Below, piece after piece: positions 1 through 12,895 of a stretch of DNA of 64,000 bases (position 1 is its first letter; every line of letters begins with the position of its first letter). The stretch covers positions 576,001 to 640,000 of the forward strand of contig CAVWWD010000005.1 in assembly GCA_963758635.1 (NCBI GenBank), in the 5' to 3' direction. The DNA comes from an uncultured Candidatus Rokubacteria bacterium. GTDB lineage: Bacteria; Methylomirabilota; Methylomirabilia; Rokubacteriales; CSP1-6. The position numbers were made by a program, and so were the translations under genes. The notes under the pieces were generated by a model, which ran no database searches, was not told the origin of the DNA, and saw only the letters and a program-made list of their open reading frames with translations.

Positions 1-56
1 GGCACGCCCGCGAGTCCGCAGAATCACGGTATGAGCCCGCTCGCTGACTCCGACAT
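1..56 (-). CDS. tsf: probable 5' end of elongation factor Ts (partial, with apparent indels)
   Basis: Directly downstream of rpsB. Reads MSESASGLI(R)D(L)RTR if two 1-nt insertions are ignored, resembling the EF-Ts N-terminus. Runs off the window. Confidence 0.4.
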
Positions 57-86
57 CCGCATTCCCTCACAACTCCTTCGTGGGAA

Positions 87-863
87 TCAGGCGCCGGCCT
101 CGGCCGGCTGCGCCATCTCGTCCTCGGTCACCACGGGCAGGTCGGACGCGGCCGCGGCCTCCTCGGCCTCTTCCTTCGCGAGCGTCCCGCGTCCCTCGTT
201 CACCGCGTCGGCCATGCGCGAGGTGATCAGCCGCACGGCGCGGATGGCGTCGTCGTTGCCGGGGACCGGGTAGTCGATGCCGGTGGGATCGCAGTTGGTG
301 TCGACGATGGCGACGATGGGGATGGCGAGGCGCCGGGCCTCTTCGACCGCGATGCTCTCCTTCTTCGGATCGATGATGAAGACGGCCGACGGCAGCCGCT
401 CCAGCTGCTTGATGCCGACGAGCGCGCGCTCGAGCTTCTCGCGCTCGCGCTCGAGGCCGAGCACCTCTTTCTTGGGCAGGCGCTCGTACTCGCCCGATTC
501 CTTCATCTCGTCGAGCTTCTTGAGCCGGGTGATCGACCGCCGGATCGTCGCGAAGTTCGTCAGGGTGCCGCCGAGCCAGCGGTGGTTCACGTAGAACATG
601 CCGCACCGCATGGCTTCCTCAAAGACCGCCTCCTGCGCCTGCTTCTTCGTGCCCACGAAGAGGACGGTGCCGCCCTGGGCGGCGAGGTCGCGCATGAAGC
701 CGTACGCTTCGCGGAACTTCTTGAGGGTCTTCTGGAGGTCGATGATGTAGATGCCGTTGCGCTCGCCGAAGATGTACTTCTGCATCTTCGGGTTCCACCG
801 CTTGGTCTGGTGGCCGAAATGGACCCCGGCCTCCAGGAGCTCCTTCATCGTCAACGTGGCCAT
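87..863 (-). CDS. rpsB: 30S ribosomal protein S2
   Basis: [29 protein letters not shown] and DTNCDP...PGNDDAIRA signatures. Confidence 0.99.
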   Translation of the reverse strand: MATLTMKELLEAGVHFGHQTKRWNPKMQKYIFGERNGIYIIDLQKTLKKFREAYGFMRDLAAQGGTVLFVGTKKQAQEAVFEEAMRCGMFYVNHRWLGGTLTNFATIRRSITRLKKLDEMKESGEYERLPKKEVLGLEREREKLERALVGIKQLERLPSAVFIIDPKKESIAVEEARRLAIPIVAIVDTNCDPTGIDYPVPGNDDAIRAVRLITSRMADAVNEGRGTLAKEEAEEAAAASDLPVVTEDEMAQPAEAGA

Positions 864-877
864 GCCGTCTCCTGTTC

Positions 878-983
878 GGTTCGCCTCCGATCCCGCGCGG
901 CGGCGCCCCGAGACAGGGGCCGCGCTTCCCCGGCGCGAGCGCTGCCTCGCGCGAGCGGGGACCGAAGCGCGGGATCGTGCGTG
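878..983 (-). promoter_or_regulatory. putative rpsB (S2) structured leader
   Basis: Perfect 11-bp long-range stem (888-898 with 967-977), preceded by CACGCACG and followed by GGAGGC..AACC on the mRNA strand, as in rpsB autoregulatory leaders. Confidence 0.55.
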
Positions 984-1001
984 GTTGGACTGCGCTTCGC
1001 C

Positions 1002-2216
1002 TCAGGTCGTGTACTTCGAGTTCAGTCGAACGTACTCCTCGGTCAGGTCCGATGTCCACACGCGGTCCTCGCCGCGCCCCTGTCCGAGGTCGATCACGAT
1101 CGTGTACTCGGCGCCCCCCATGATCTCCCGGATGCGGTCCACCCGCATCCCGGGCACGCCGGTGCCGTGCTGGACGACGGGCTCGCCGCCGATGGCGATG
1201 GCAACCCGGTCCTGCACCACCCGCGCCGCAGACTTGCCCAGCGCCATCATGAGACGCCCCCAGTTGGGATCGACCCCGTAGATGGCCGTCTTCACCAGCG
1301 GCGAGTTCGCGATGCTCCGCGCGGCGACGAGCGCCTCCTTGCCACTGCGCGCGCCGCGCACGTGGATCTCCACCACCTTGCTCACGCCCTCGCCGTCCTT
1401 GACGAGCATGTGGGCGAGCTTCTCCGCGACCGCGAAGAGCCCCTGCTCGAACTGGCGGAGGCCCCGGCCGCCCCGCTCGATGGGGGCGTTCTCGGCGAGG
1501 CCGTTGGCGAGTACGGCCACGGTGTCGCTCGTCGATTGATCCCCGTCGACGGTGACGCGGTTGAAGCTCCGGTCCACCGCGCGGCGGAGGACGGCGTGCA
1601 GCGCGTCGGCGGTGATCGCGGCGTCGGTGGCGAGGAAGCAGAACATGGTCGCCAGGTGCGGCTCGAGCATGGCCACGCCCTTGGCGATGCCGCCGATCGT
1701 GACCGGGCGCCCCCCCACCTCGACCCGGAGCGCCGCCTCCTTGGCCACCGTGTCCGTGGTCATGATGGCCTCGGCCGCGTTCCGGCTGCCCTGCGGGGAC
1801 AGCGCCTTCACGAGCTTCGGCAGCGCGGAGCGGATCTTGTCCATGGGCAGCGGCTGGCCGATGACGCCGGTGGCCGCGACCAGCACGTGCTGCGCGGGCA
1901 CGCGCAGCAGCTCGCCGACGATGCGCGTCATCTCGCGGGCATCCTTCACGCCCTGATCCCCCGTGCACACGTTCGCGCAGCCGCTCGAGGCCACGATGGC
2001 CTGGGCCTTCCGCGCGCGCATGTGCTCCTGGGAGACGAGGACGGGCGCGCCCTTCACCTGGTTCGAGGTGAAAACGGCGGCGGCGCGCGCGGGCGCCGAC
2101 GAGTACACCAGCGCGAGGTCCTTGCGGCCGCTCGCCTTGATGCCGGCGGCGAGGCCAGCGGCGAGGACGCCGGGAACGGCGGTGATGCCCCCCTCGAGCC
2201 ACTGCATCTCCGGCAT
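1002..2216 (-). CDS. argJ: ornithine acetyltransferase / N-acetylglutamate synthase ArgJ
   Basis: GIKASGRKDLAL, AIMTTDT, GIAKG..M..P.LATM, VDGDQSTSD, DGEG, DPNWGR and NSKYTT motifs; start trimmed to ATG 2216. Confidence 0.97.
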   Translation of the reverse strand: MPEMQWLEGGITAVPGVLAAGLAAGIKASGRKDLALVYSSAPARAAAVFTSNQVKGAPVLVSQEHMRARKAQAIVASSGCANVCTGDQGVKDAREMTRIVGELLRVPAQHVLVAATGVIGQPLPMDKIRSALPKLVKALSPQGSRNAAEAIMTTDTVAKEAALRVEVGGRPVTIGGIAKGVAMLEPHLATMFCFLATDAAITADALHAVLRRAVDRSFNRVTVDGDQSTSDTVAVLANGLAENAPIERGGRGLRQFEQGLFAVAEKLAHMLVKDGEGVSKVVEIHVRGARSGKEALVAARSIANSPLVKTAIYGVDPNWGRLMMALGKSAARVVQDRVAIAIGGEPVVQHGTGVPGMRVDRIREIMGGAEYTIVIDLGQGRGEDRVWTSDLTEEYVRLNSKYTT

Positions 2217-2221
2217 GGAGG

Positions 2222-3271
2222 CTACGGGTAGACGGGGGGCGCTTCGAGGCCAGTCCGCTCGTCCCACCCCATCATGATGTTCAGGCTCTGCACGCCGTTG
2301 CCCGACCCGCCCTTGCCGAGGTTGTCGATCGCCGATACGCACACCGCGCGCGAGGTCCGCGGATCCGCCACCACGGCCACGTCGCAGAAGTTCGACCCCA
2401 CGATGTGGCGGGTGGTCGGGCGCTCGCCGTCCGGCATCACGCGGACGAACGGCTCACCGGCGTAGAACTCCTGGTAGAGCGCGACGAGATCGGCGGTGCC
2501 CACCTTCTTCGTCAGCGGCACCGAGGCCGTCGTGAAGAGACCGCGGTTGAGGGGCAGGAGGTGCGGCGTGAAGCCGACCACCACCGTCCGACCGGCCAGC
2601 GCGGAGAGCTCCTGCTCGATCTCCGGCGTGTGCCGGTGGGTGGCGATCCCGTAGGCGAGCACGTTCTCGTTCTGCTCGGTGTAGAGGTACATCGGGTCGA
2701 CCTTCCGGCCCTGGGCGCCGGCGCCCGTGACGCCGGACTTCCCGTCGATCACGATGCCGTCCGCCGCCCCCAGCCCGCTCTTGAGGAGCGGCGCGGTGGC
2801 GAGGATCGAGCCCATCGGGTAGCAGCCGGGCGAGGCGACGAGCGAGGCGGACGCGATCGCCTTCCGGTGGAGCTCGGGCAGCCCATAGACCGCCTCCGCG
2901 AGCCCGGCGGCGTCGATGTGGGGCGCCTTGTACCACGTGGTGTAGAGCGAGGCGTCGCGCAGCCGGTAGTCGGCCGACAGGTCGACGACCTTGCGCCCGC
3001 GCCCGCGCAGCACCGGCACCGCGCGCTGCGACTCCATGTGGGGCAGCGCGAGGAAGACGACGTCCGCGTCGGCGGCGAGGCGCTCGGCGTCCACGTCCTG
3101 GAAGACGAGCGACGAGAGCCCGCGCAGGTGCGGGAACGCGCTCGCGAGCTTCTCGCCCGCGAGACGCTCCGACGTCACGGCGGTGAGCTGCACCTTGGGA
3201 TGGACGGAGAGCAATCGCAGCAACTCCGCCCCCATGTACCCGCTCGCTCCGGCAACGGCGACGCGCAACAT
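2222..3271 (-). CDS. argC: N-acetyl-gamma-glutamyl-phosphate reductase
   Basis: GASGY.G.EL, DLSADYRL, PGCYP, SGVTGAG and DNLGKG motifs. Confidence 0.98.
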   Translation of the reverse strand: MLRVAVAGASGYMGAELLRLLSVHPKVQLTAVTSERLAGEKLASAFPHLRGLSSLVFQDVDAERLAADADVVFLALPHMESQRAVPVLRGRGRKVVDLSADYRLRDASLYTTWYKAPHIDAAGLAEAVYGLPELHRKAIASASLVASPGCYPMGSILATAPLLKSGLGAADGIVIDGKSGVTGAGAQGRKVDPMYLYTEQNENVLAYGIATHRHTPEIEQELSALAGRTVVVGFTPHLLPLNRGLFTTASVPLTKKVGTADLVALYQEFYAGEPFVRVMPDGERPTTRHIVGSNFCDVAVVADPRTSRAVCVSAIDNLGKGGSGNGVQSLNIMMGWDERTGLEAPPVYP

Positions 3272-3287
3272 CGGCCTCTCCTTCGCG

Positions 3288-3683
3288 CTACCGCTTGGAG
3301 TACTGGAACTTGGACCGGGCGCCCGGCTGACCGTACTTCTTGCGCTCCTTCATCCGCGGGTCGCGCGTGAGGCATCCTGCGCGCTTGAGCGTCTGCCGGA
3401 GCTTGTCGTCGAACTCGAGGAGGGCGCGCGCGATCCCGTGCCGGACCGCGCCGGCCTGGCCGGTCGGCCCGCCGCCGCCCACGTTGATGCTGGCGTCGAA
3501 CTGCCCGAGCGTGTTCGTGAGCTGCAGCGGCTGGCAGATGATCATGCGCAGCGTCTCGCGCGGGAAGTAGTCCTCGAAGTGCCGCCGGTTCACCATGATC
3601 GTGCCGGGGCCGGGCCTGAGCCACACCCGCGCCACCAACGTCTTGCGCCGCCCCGTGCCGTAGAACATCGTCGCCGAAGCCAT
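3288..3683 (-). CDS. rpsI: 30S ribosomal protein S9
   Basis: GTGRRK, GGG.TGQAGA.RHG and C-terminal ERKKYG...QYSKR. Confidence 0.99.
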   Translation of the reverse strand: MASATMFYGTGRRKTLVARVWLRPGPGTIMVNRRHFEDYFPRETLRMIICQPLQLTNTLGQFDASINVGGGGPTGQAGAVRHGIARALLEFDDKLRQTLKRAGCLTRDPRMKERKKYGQPGARSKFQYSKR

Positions 3684-3698
3684 AGTGGATGCCGTCCT

Positions 3699-4145
3699 CT
3701 ACGATGCCGACCGTCCGCTCGCCGGGAGCGGCTCGGGCTTCTGCGCGGCATGGGGATGCTCGCCGCCGCGGTAGACCTTGAGCTTCTTGGCCATGGCCCG
3801 GCCCAGGCGCCCCTTCGGGAGCATGCCCTGGACCGCCCACTCGATCACGCGCTCAGGATGGGTGCGGAGCATCCGATCGGCCGTCACCTCGCGCAGGCCC
3901 CCGATGTAGCCCGAGTGCCAGCGGTAGGTCTTCGCCGTGAGCTTCCGTCCCGTGAGGTGGACCTTCTCCGCGTTGATCACCACCACGTGATCGCCCACGT
4001 CCATGTGGGGCGCGAAGGTCGTCTTGTGCTTGCCCCGGAGGATGGTGGCGACCTGCGTCGCCAGCCGGCCGAGCACCCGCCCCTCGGCATCCACCAGGAA
4101 CCACTTGCGATCGATCTCGTGTTCCTTCGCCATCACCGTCGACAT
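3699..4145 (-). CDS. rplM: 50S ribosomal protein L13
   Basis: [26 protein letters not shown] and HPHAAQKP; start at ATG 4145. Confidence 0.98.
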   Translation of the reverse strand: MSTVMAKEHEIDRKWFLVDAEGRVLGRLATQVATILRGKHKTTFAPHMDVGDHVVVINAEKVHLTGRKLTAKTYRWHSGYIGGLREVTADRMLRTHPERVIEWAVQGMLPKGRLGRAMAKKLKVYRGGEHPHAAQKPEPLPASGRSAS

Positions 4146-4206
4146 GTTTCCCGCCCTCTCGGCCTCTCCAACGTGTGGATTGTCAATCCGAAATCGGCAA
4201 CACGTC

Positions 4207-4235
4207 ATCATAGAGATGACGCCTGCCGGTGTCAA
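4207..4235 (-). promoter_or_regulatory. sigma70-type promoter of the rplM operon
   Basis: TTGACA-N17-TATGAT on the minus strand. Confidence 0.8.
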
Positions 4236-5005
4236 CCCCGAGAGCCCCGGACGGGGCGGGGCGGTCGCCTCGGAGCGGCGGCCTTGACGGCCGCCCCGCC
4301 CTGGGCGCGGCCCGGACGGGCGGCCCCCGCCGCCGGGCGGGCCGCCTTGGCGCCGGCGATCGTCTTGCCGGGCCACGGGCAGAGGGCGCGGACCGCGCAC
4401 GCCGGGCAGTTCGGCGTGCGGGCGAAGCACGTCCGCCGGCCATGGATGATGAGCAGGTGCGTGGCGCTCGTCCACTTCGGCCGGGGAAAGATCTTGCAGA
4501 GCGCGTCGTGGATCTCCTCGGCCTCGGCGGCCTTGGTCAGGCCGAGGCGCTGCGAGAGCCGGGTGACGTGGGTGTCCACGGCAATCGCTGGAATGCCGAA
4601 CGCATTGCCGAGGACCACGTTGGCCGTCTTCCGTCCCACGCCGGGGAGCGCGGTCAGCTCCTCGACCGTGCGTGGCACCTCGCCGCCGTGTCCCTCCACC
4701 AGCGCCGTCGCCATCCCGAGGATGGACCTGGCCTTCGCCCGGTAGAACCCGGTGGAGAAGATCTCCCGCTCGAGCGTTTCCACGGGGATCCGCGCCCAGT
4801 CCCGGGCGGAGCGGTAGCGCGGGAAGAGGCCGGCGGTGACCATGTTCACGCGCTCGTCGGTGCACTGCGCGGACAGGATCGTGGCGATCAGGAGCTCGAG
4901 CGGCGTGCTGAACGCGAGCTCGATGCCCGCGTGGGGGTACGCGCGGTCGAGGAGGGTCAGGATCCGGGCCGCCCGCGCCTTCCGTGCCGCTTCCGACTCC
5001 GCCAT
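4232..5005 (-). CDS. nth: endonuclease III
   Basis: LSAQCTD, HhH motif [15 protein letters not shown] and C-x6-C-x2-C-x5-C 4Fe-4S motif. Confidence 0.97.
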   Translation of the reverse strand: MAESEAARKARAARILTLLDRAYPHAGIELAFSTPLELLIATILSAQCTDERVNMVTAGLFPRYRSARDWARIPVETLEREIFSTGFYRAKARSILGMATALVEGHGGEVPRTVEELTALPGVGRKTANVVLGNAFGIPAIAVDTHVTRLSQRLGLTKAAEAEEIHDALCKIFPRPKWTSATHLLIIHGRRTCFARTPNCPACAVRALCPWPGKTIAGAKAARPAAGAARPGRAQGGAAVKAAAPRRPPRPVRGSRG

Positions 5006-5026
5006 CTCCCCTGCCCGTCCAGCTAA

Positions 5027-5104
5027 TGAGCCCCGCGCATCAGACTCATGCGGAGCGGTGGGATTGTAAAGGCCCGTGGCGGTTACCGTATTCTGCGCGG
5101 ATCA
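5027..5104 (+). mobile_element. ~78-bp MITE-like repeat, copy 1
   Basis: Similar to four other copies; imperfect terminal IR; flanks CTAA/TCAG; abuts the HIT gene stop codon. Confidence 0.8.
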
Positions 5105-5533
5105 TCAGCCGCGGGCCGCGAGGGCCCGGCGGATGGCGGCGATGCGCTCGCGCTGCGCCTCCGCGGGCAACGTCGTCGGGTCGTGCGGTGTCCGCCAGAC
5201 GGGCCACTGCGGATCCGGGTCGGCGGCGAGGCGCGGGATGAGATGCCAGTGGATGTGCGCGACCTGGTTGCCCAGGAGCTCGTAGTTCATCTTCACCGGC
5301 GCGTACACCGCCGCGAGCGCGGCGGCGACGCGGCTCACGTCCTCGATGTGGGCGGAGCGCTCCCCGGCGTCGAGATCGTAGAGCTCGGTGACGTGTCGGC
5401 GCAGCACCACGAAGACCCAGCCCGGGAAGAACTGGTCCTCGTTGAAGTACACGCGCGACGTCGGCAGGTCCGCGATGTGGAGCTCCCCCTCCCCGGCCAG
5501 GCGCTCGCACATGTGACAGGAGGCCGCGCTCAT
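5105..5533 (-). CDS. HIT family hydrolase
   Basis: N-terminal CxxC and HIHWH histidine triad. Confidence 0.9.
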   Translation of the reverse strand: MSAASCHMCERLAGEGELHIADLPTSRVYFNEDQFFPGWVFVVLRRHVTELYDLDAGERSAHIEDVSRVAAALAAVYAPVKMNYELLGNQVAHIHWHLIPRLAADPDPQWPVWRTPHDPTTLPAEAQRERIAAIRRALAARG

Positions 5534-6687
5534 GGGGCGCCCAGGGGCGGCCGCGTCTCGAGGAAGCGCCCGATGCGCGACAGGGCCTCCTCGATGCGCT
5601 CGGTGGACTTGGTGTAGCAGAAGCGCACGTAGCCCTCCGCGTTGGCCCCGAAGTCGATGCCCGGGGTGACGGCGACGTGGGTCCGGTCCAGGAGCTCGAA
5701 GGCGAAGGCCAGGGAGTCACGGGTGAAGCGGCGCGCGTTGGCGAGCACGTAGAAGGCCCCCGTGGGCGGCGCGCCGACGCCCAACCCGATCCGCCGGAGG
5801 CCCGCCACCATCACGCGCCGCCGCTGGTCGAACACGCGGCGGAAGCGCGCCGCGTCCTCTCCCGCCTCTCGCAGCGCGGCCAGGGCCGCCCACTGCACGA
5901 ACTCGTTGGTCGAGATGAAGAAGTTGCCGTGGGCGGCGCGCAGAGCGCGCATGAACGCGAGGGGCGCGATCACGTACCCGATCCGCCAGCCCGTCATCGC
6001 GTAGAGCTTGGAGAAGCCGTTGAGCACGAACGCGCGGTCCGTGAACTCGAGGATCGAGTGCTCGGGACCTTCGTACGTGAGGCCGTGGTAGATCTCGTCG
6101 GAGACGATCCACGGGCCAAGCCGCGCGAGAGCATCCATGCGTTCGGGACCCAGCACCGTTCCCGTCGGATTGGCCGGCGAGTTGATCAGGATGGCCCGCG
6201 TCCGCTCCGTGAGCGCTTCGGCCACCGCGGCGGGCCGGAACTGGAACGCGTCGTCCTCGGCCACCGGCACGTAGCGCGGGACGGCCTCCGCATACTTCAC
6301 GAACTTCGGGTAGCACGCGTAGTGGGGATCGGAGAGGACGACCTCGTCCCCGCGTTCGAGGAGCGTCATGAACAGCATCAGCATCGCCGGCGACGTGCCC
6401 GCCGTGACCACGATCTGCTCGGGCGAGACGGTCACCCCGTAGCGCGCCAGGTAGTGCTCGGCGATGGCCTCGCGGAGCGGCAGGAGCCCCTGCGTGTTCA
6501 CGTAGCGCGCGCGCCCGTCCTTCAGGGCCTTCTCGGCGGCCTCGCGGATCACCGGGGGCGTGTCGAAGTCCGGCTCGCCGTACTCGAGGTGGATCACGTC
6601 CGCGCCCTGGGCCTCCAGCTGCTCGGCGCGCTGGAACACCTCCACGGCGAGGAAGGGCTCGATCTCCTGGGCGCGTCTGGCGATCAC
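5530..6687 (-). CDS. PLP-dependent aminotransferase class I/II
   Basis: GEPDF, NSPANPTG, SDEIY and SKLYAMTGWRIG. Confidence 0.95.
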   Translation of the reverse strand: MIARRAQEIEPFLAVEVFQRAEQLEAQGADVIHLEYGEPDFDTPPVIREAAEKALKDGRARYVNTQGLLPLREAIAEHYLARYGVTVSPEQIVVTAGTSPAMLMLFMTLLERGDEVVLSDPHYACYPKFVKYAEAVPRYVPVAEDDAFQFRPAAVAEALTERTRAILINSPANPTGTVLGPERMDALARLGPWIVSDEIYHGLTYEGPEHSILEFTDRAFVLNGFSKLYAMTGWRIGYVIAPLAFMRALRAAHGNFFISTNEFVQWAALAALREAGEDAARFRRVFDQRRRVMVAGLRRIGLGVGAPPTGAFYVLANARRFTRDSLAFAFELLDRTHVAVTPGIDFGANAEGYVRFCYTKSTERIEEALSRIGRFLETRPPLGAP

Positions 6688-6717
6688 ATGAGCCTCCCGT
6701 GGGCGGCCGGTGAGCGC

Positions 6718-8157
<1,440 letters not shown>

Positions 8158-8264
8158 GCTGCCTGTGGCGGGGTCTGCCCCGCGCCGCCGTTCCTCGAGA
8201 CGACGGCCGGCCGGGCCACGATCGCTGCATAGATGGTAAGTATCTGTGACATTTGGCGTTTCAG

Positions 8265-8293
8265 ACCATAGAACGCCGAGGTGGCCCTGTCAA
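8265..8293 (-). promoter_or_regulatory. sigma70-type promoter of the malic enzyme operon
   Basis: TTGACA-N17-TATGGT on the minus strand. Confidence 0.7.
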
Positions 8294-8347
8294 TCGATTT
8301 CCGACCCGAGGTTGACGGTACCGGAACCCCGTGGTATGCCCGGCTGC

Positions 8348-8959
8348 ATGTCGACGGTGGCCAGATGGGCGCTGGTGCTGGGCGTCACGGGCTCACTCCT
8401 CCTTGGGAGCGAGCCAGCCTCCGCCCAGTCGAAGACGTGGAGGCCCCTGGCGGGCAAGAGCGAGGTCATGTTCACCGTCAAGTTCCGGATGGGCGACTTC
8501 TCGGGGCGCTCCGAGGCGGTCAGCGGCGAGTTCAAGTTCGACCCGGCGGACCTCCGCCAGCCTGTCGCCGGGTCCCTCACCGTCGAGGCATCGACCCTGC
8601 GCACCGGCGTGGACGGCCGGGACCGGGACCTCCGCAAGACGATCGAGACGGACCGGTTCCCCCGGATCCGCTTCCAGGTGGAGAGCGCCGAGTCCTCCTT
8701 CCCGAACATCACGGACAAGGCCGACGTGCTCCTGACGATCCACGGGCAGATGTTCATCCGGGACGTCCAGCGCCCGATGACCTTCCTGGGCCGGGTCCGC
8801 AGCCGTGAGGGAGGCCGGGATGGGACCGGCCTCTGGGTGCGCGGCGACGCGTTTCTCAAGATGACGGACTTCGGGATCACCCCGCCCCGGCGCCTCTTCA
8901 TGGCGGTAGAGGACCAAGTGGTGATTACTTTTGACCTGACTCTCGTCCCGGCGGAGTAA
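8348..8959 (+). CDS. YceI family secreted lipid/polyisoprenoid-binding protein
   Basis: Signal peptide, L.TG...RD..L, FP.I.F and DFGI motifs; start chosen at ATG 8348. Confidence 0.85.
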   Translation: MSTVARWALVLGVTGSLLLGSEPASAQSKTWRPLAGKSEVMFTVKFRMGDFSGRSEAVSGEFKFDPADLRQPVAGSLTVEASTLRTGVDGRDRDLRKTIETDRFPRIRFQVESAESSFPNITDKADVLLTIHGQMFIRDVQRPMTFLGRVRSREGGRDGTGLWVRGDAFLKMTDFGITPPRRLFMAVEDQVVITFDLTLVPAE

Positions 8960-9198
8960 GCCCTTCGTCCAACTCCCGATTTCCTTCCTCTCGGAACCGA
9001 ATAGGCGTTCCCACTCTCTCGTCCTTCTAGCACGCGCACGTACGGGTCGCTCCGGGAACAGCGCAACCCGCTCGGTGGTTCCATCGGTCGACGGGCTGCT
9101 TCTTGCATCCATGGAGGGCAAATCGCCGTCTAACCGCTTGTTAGGACGTGCACAAGCTCTGGGCCAGGTGGCCAGAGCGTAGATCCGGGGAACCGCCA

Positions 9199-10713
<1,515 letters not shown>

Positions 10714-10790
10714 TGAGCCTCGCGCAATAGACTAATGCCGAGCGGTAGGACTGTAGAGGCCCGTGGCGGTTACTGTATTTTGCGAGGTCA
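10714..10790 (+). mobile_element. MITE-like repeat, copy 2
   Basis: Starts immediately after the sigma factor C-TAG stop; flanks CTAG/CTCG. Confidence 0.8.
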
Positions 10791-10801
10791 CTCGCCCGCG
10801 C

Positions 10802-11305
10802 TCAGATCCGCGCCACCGTCGTCCGGTAGGTAGCGATGCCGGTGTCGGGCGGCGACCCGCTGATCAGCGTGATCATGGTCGCGGCCTCGCTCCGGTGGTG
10901 GGTGGCGTGGTTGACCACGTGGTGCAGCAGCGGTCCCAGCGGCGCCTTGAGCGCTGCCCCTCGGCGTTCCGATACTCCACCACACGCGCGAGGTCGCCCT
11001 CGGTGAGCCCCTCCACGAACGCCCGCTGCTGTCCCTCCAGCAGGTCCCACGCCGGCCGGAGCGCGTCCAGCGCCGGAAAGTCGGCGTCGCCGCGGATGCG
11101 ACCCGGCGATGCCGCCGTCCACCGCGCGAGCCAGATGGCGTCGGCCCCATAGAGGTGGACGAACATTGCCTTGACCGTGGGAACGCTCCACTGCTTCCCC
11201 ATGTCGCGGGTCGCCGCCTCGCCCAGCCCGCTGGCGACGTTCGAAGAGCCGGCGGTTGGCCCAGCGGTGGTAGTCGTAGAGTCCGCGGATCAGCTCCACG
11301 CTCAT
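10802..11305 (-). CDS. DinB/YfiT family metal-dependent protein (frameshifted)
   Basis: YHRWANRRL, H..GAD..W (alternate frame 10873-11202) and HVVNHATHHRSE; two compensating frameshifts. Confidence 0.8.
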   Translation of the reverse strand: MSVELIRGLYDYHRWANRRLFERRQRAGRGGDPRHGEAVERSHGQGNVRPPLWGRRHLARAVDGGIAGSHPRRRRLSGAGRAPAGVGPAGGTAAGVRGGAHRGRPRACGGVSERRGAALKAPLGPLLHHVVNHATHHRSEAATMITLISGSPPDTGIATYRTTVARI

Positions 11306-11339
11306 GACGCGCCCTCCCGCCCATCGGGCCCGATCGGCC

Positions 11340-11555
11340 TCACTCGAGCACCGCGATGGTGTCGCCCTCCTGGACCGTCTGGCCCTCTGTCACCAGGATC
11401 TCCTTCACCACGCCGGCCCGGGGCGCTTCGACGGGGATCTCCATCTTCATGGACTCCAGGACGATCACGGGATCGCCGGCGCTGACGGCGTCCCCCGCCT
11501 TGCTCGTGACCTGGAAGACCACCCCGGTGATGTGAGCCTTCACCTCTTCAGGCAT
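11340..11555 (-). CDS. stand-alone biotinyl carrier domain protein
   Basis: 71 aa with ESMKM biotinylation motif; overlaps the biotin carboxylase stop. Confidence 0.9.
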   Translation of the reverse strand: MPEEVKAHITGVVFQVTSKAGDAVSAGDPVIVLESMKMEIPVEAPRAGVVKEILVTEGQTVQEGDTIAVLE

Positions 11556-12891
11556 TGAACGCTCCTTGTTCGACCATCTGGGTGTGCACCCGCCCGGATC
11601 GGAAGGCATCGCTCCGCATCACGCGCTGGTGAAACGGGATCACCGTCTTGACGCCGTCGACCTCGAACCGGTCCAGCGCCTCCTGCATGCGCACGATCGC
11701 CTCGTCGCGGGTCGCCCCGGACGCCACGAGCTTGGCGAGGAGCGAGTCGTAGTGGACGGAAACCGTCACGCCCTCGGCGATGCCGCCGTCGACGCGGATG
11801 CCCGGTCCCTCGGGCACGCGCAGCCGCGCCACCGTCCCGGGCGACGGCAGGAAGCCCCGCGCCGGGTCCTCCGCATAGATGCGGCACTCGATGGCCGAGC
11901 CGCGCTGGACGATGTCCTCCTGGCGCCACGGCAGCGCCTCTCCGGCCGCCACGCGTAGCTGGGCTTCGACCAGGTCCAGGCCCGTCACCGCCTCCGTGAC
12001 CGGATGCTCCACCTGGAGGCGGGTGTTCATCTCCAGGAAGTAGAACTCCTCGCCCTTCACCATGAACTCGAGCGTCCCCGCGTTGACGTAGCCAACCGCG
12101 CGCGCGCCCGCCACCGCGGCCGCGGTGAGCCGCGCCTTCAGGCCGGCGCGAGCGCCGGCGCGGGGCTCTCCTCGACGAGCTTCTGGTGCCGCCGCTGGAT
12201 CGAGCACTCCCGCTCGTGCACGTGCACGACGCCGCCCCCGCGGTCGCCAAAGACCTGGACCTCGACGTGCCGCGCCGCCTCCAGGTAACGCTCCACGAAG
12301 AGCGCTCCCGAGCCGAAGGCGGCCTGCGCTCGGCGCTGCGCGGTCGCGAAGGCCGACGGCAGCGCGGCGGCGTCGGCCACTCGCGCCATGCCGATACCGC
12401 CCCCGCCCGCCGCCGCCTTGAGCATGACGGGGTAGCCGACGCGAGCCGCCACCTCGGCCGCCGCCTCGACGCCATCCAGGGCGCCGTCGCTGCCCGGCAC
12501 CACCGGCAACGCCGGCCCGGGCCATCACGGTCCGGGCACCGATCTTGTCGCCCATCTGCTGGATGACCGTCCAGGACGGCCCGATGAACACGAACCCGGC
12601 CTCCTCGCACGCCTTGGCGAACCGCCAGTTCTCGGAAAGGAACCCGTAGCCGGGATGGATCGCCTCGACCCCCCGCTCGCGCGCGGCGGCGAGGACGCGG
12701 TCGATGCTGAGGTAGCTGTCACGCGCGGCCGGCGGACCGATGAGGACCGCTTCGTCGGCATCGGTCACGTGCGGCCACGCGGCATCCGCCTCGGAGTACA
12801 CCGCGACCGATCGGACGCCCTGGGCGCGGCAGGCGCGAATGATCCGGCGCGCGATCTCTCCCCGGTTGGCGACGAGGACGCTGCGCAGCAC
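11548..12891 (-). CDS. biotin carboxylase subunit (frameshifted)
   Basis: ANRGEIA, HPGYGFLSEN, KAAAGGGG and ERECSIQRRHQK (frame 12138-12509), EMNTRLQVEH and YDSLLAK. Confidence 0.92.
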   Translation of the reverse strand: MLRSVLVANRGEIARRIIRACRAQGVRSVAVYSEADAAWPHVTDADEAVLIGPPAARDSYLSIDRVLAAARERGVEAIHPGYGFLSENWRFAKACEEAGFVFIGPSWTVIQQMGDKIGARTVMARAGVAGGAGQRRRPGWRRGGGRGGGSRRLPRHAQGGGGRGRYRHGASGRRRRAAVGLRDRAAPSAGRLRLGSALRGALPGGGAARRGPGLWRPRGRRRARARAGVLDPAAAPEARRGEPRAGARAGLKARLTAAAVAGARAVGYVNAGTLEFMVKGEEFYFLEMNTRLQVEHPVTEAVTGLDLVEAQLRVAAGEALPWRQEDIVQRGSAIECRIYAEDPARGFLPSPGTVARLRVPEGPGIRVDGGIAEGVTVSVHYDSLLAKLVASGATRDEAIVRMQEALDRFEVDGVKTVIPFHQRVMRSDAFRSGRVHTQMVEQGAFNA

Positions 12892-12895
12892 GGAC

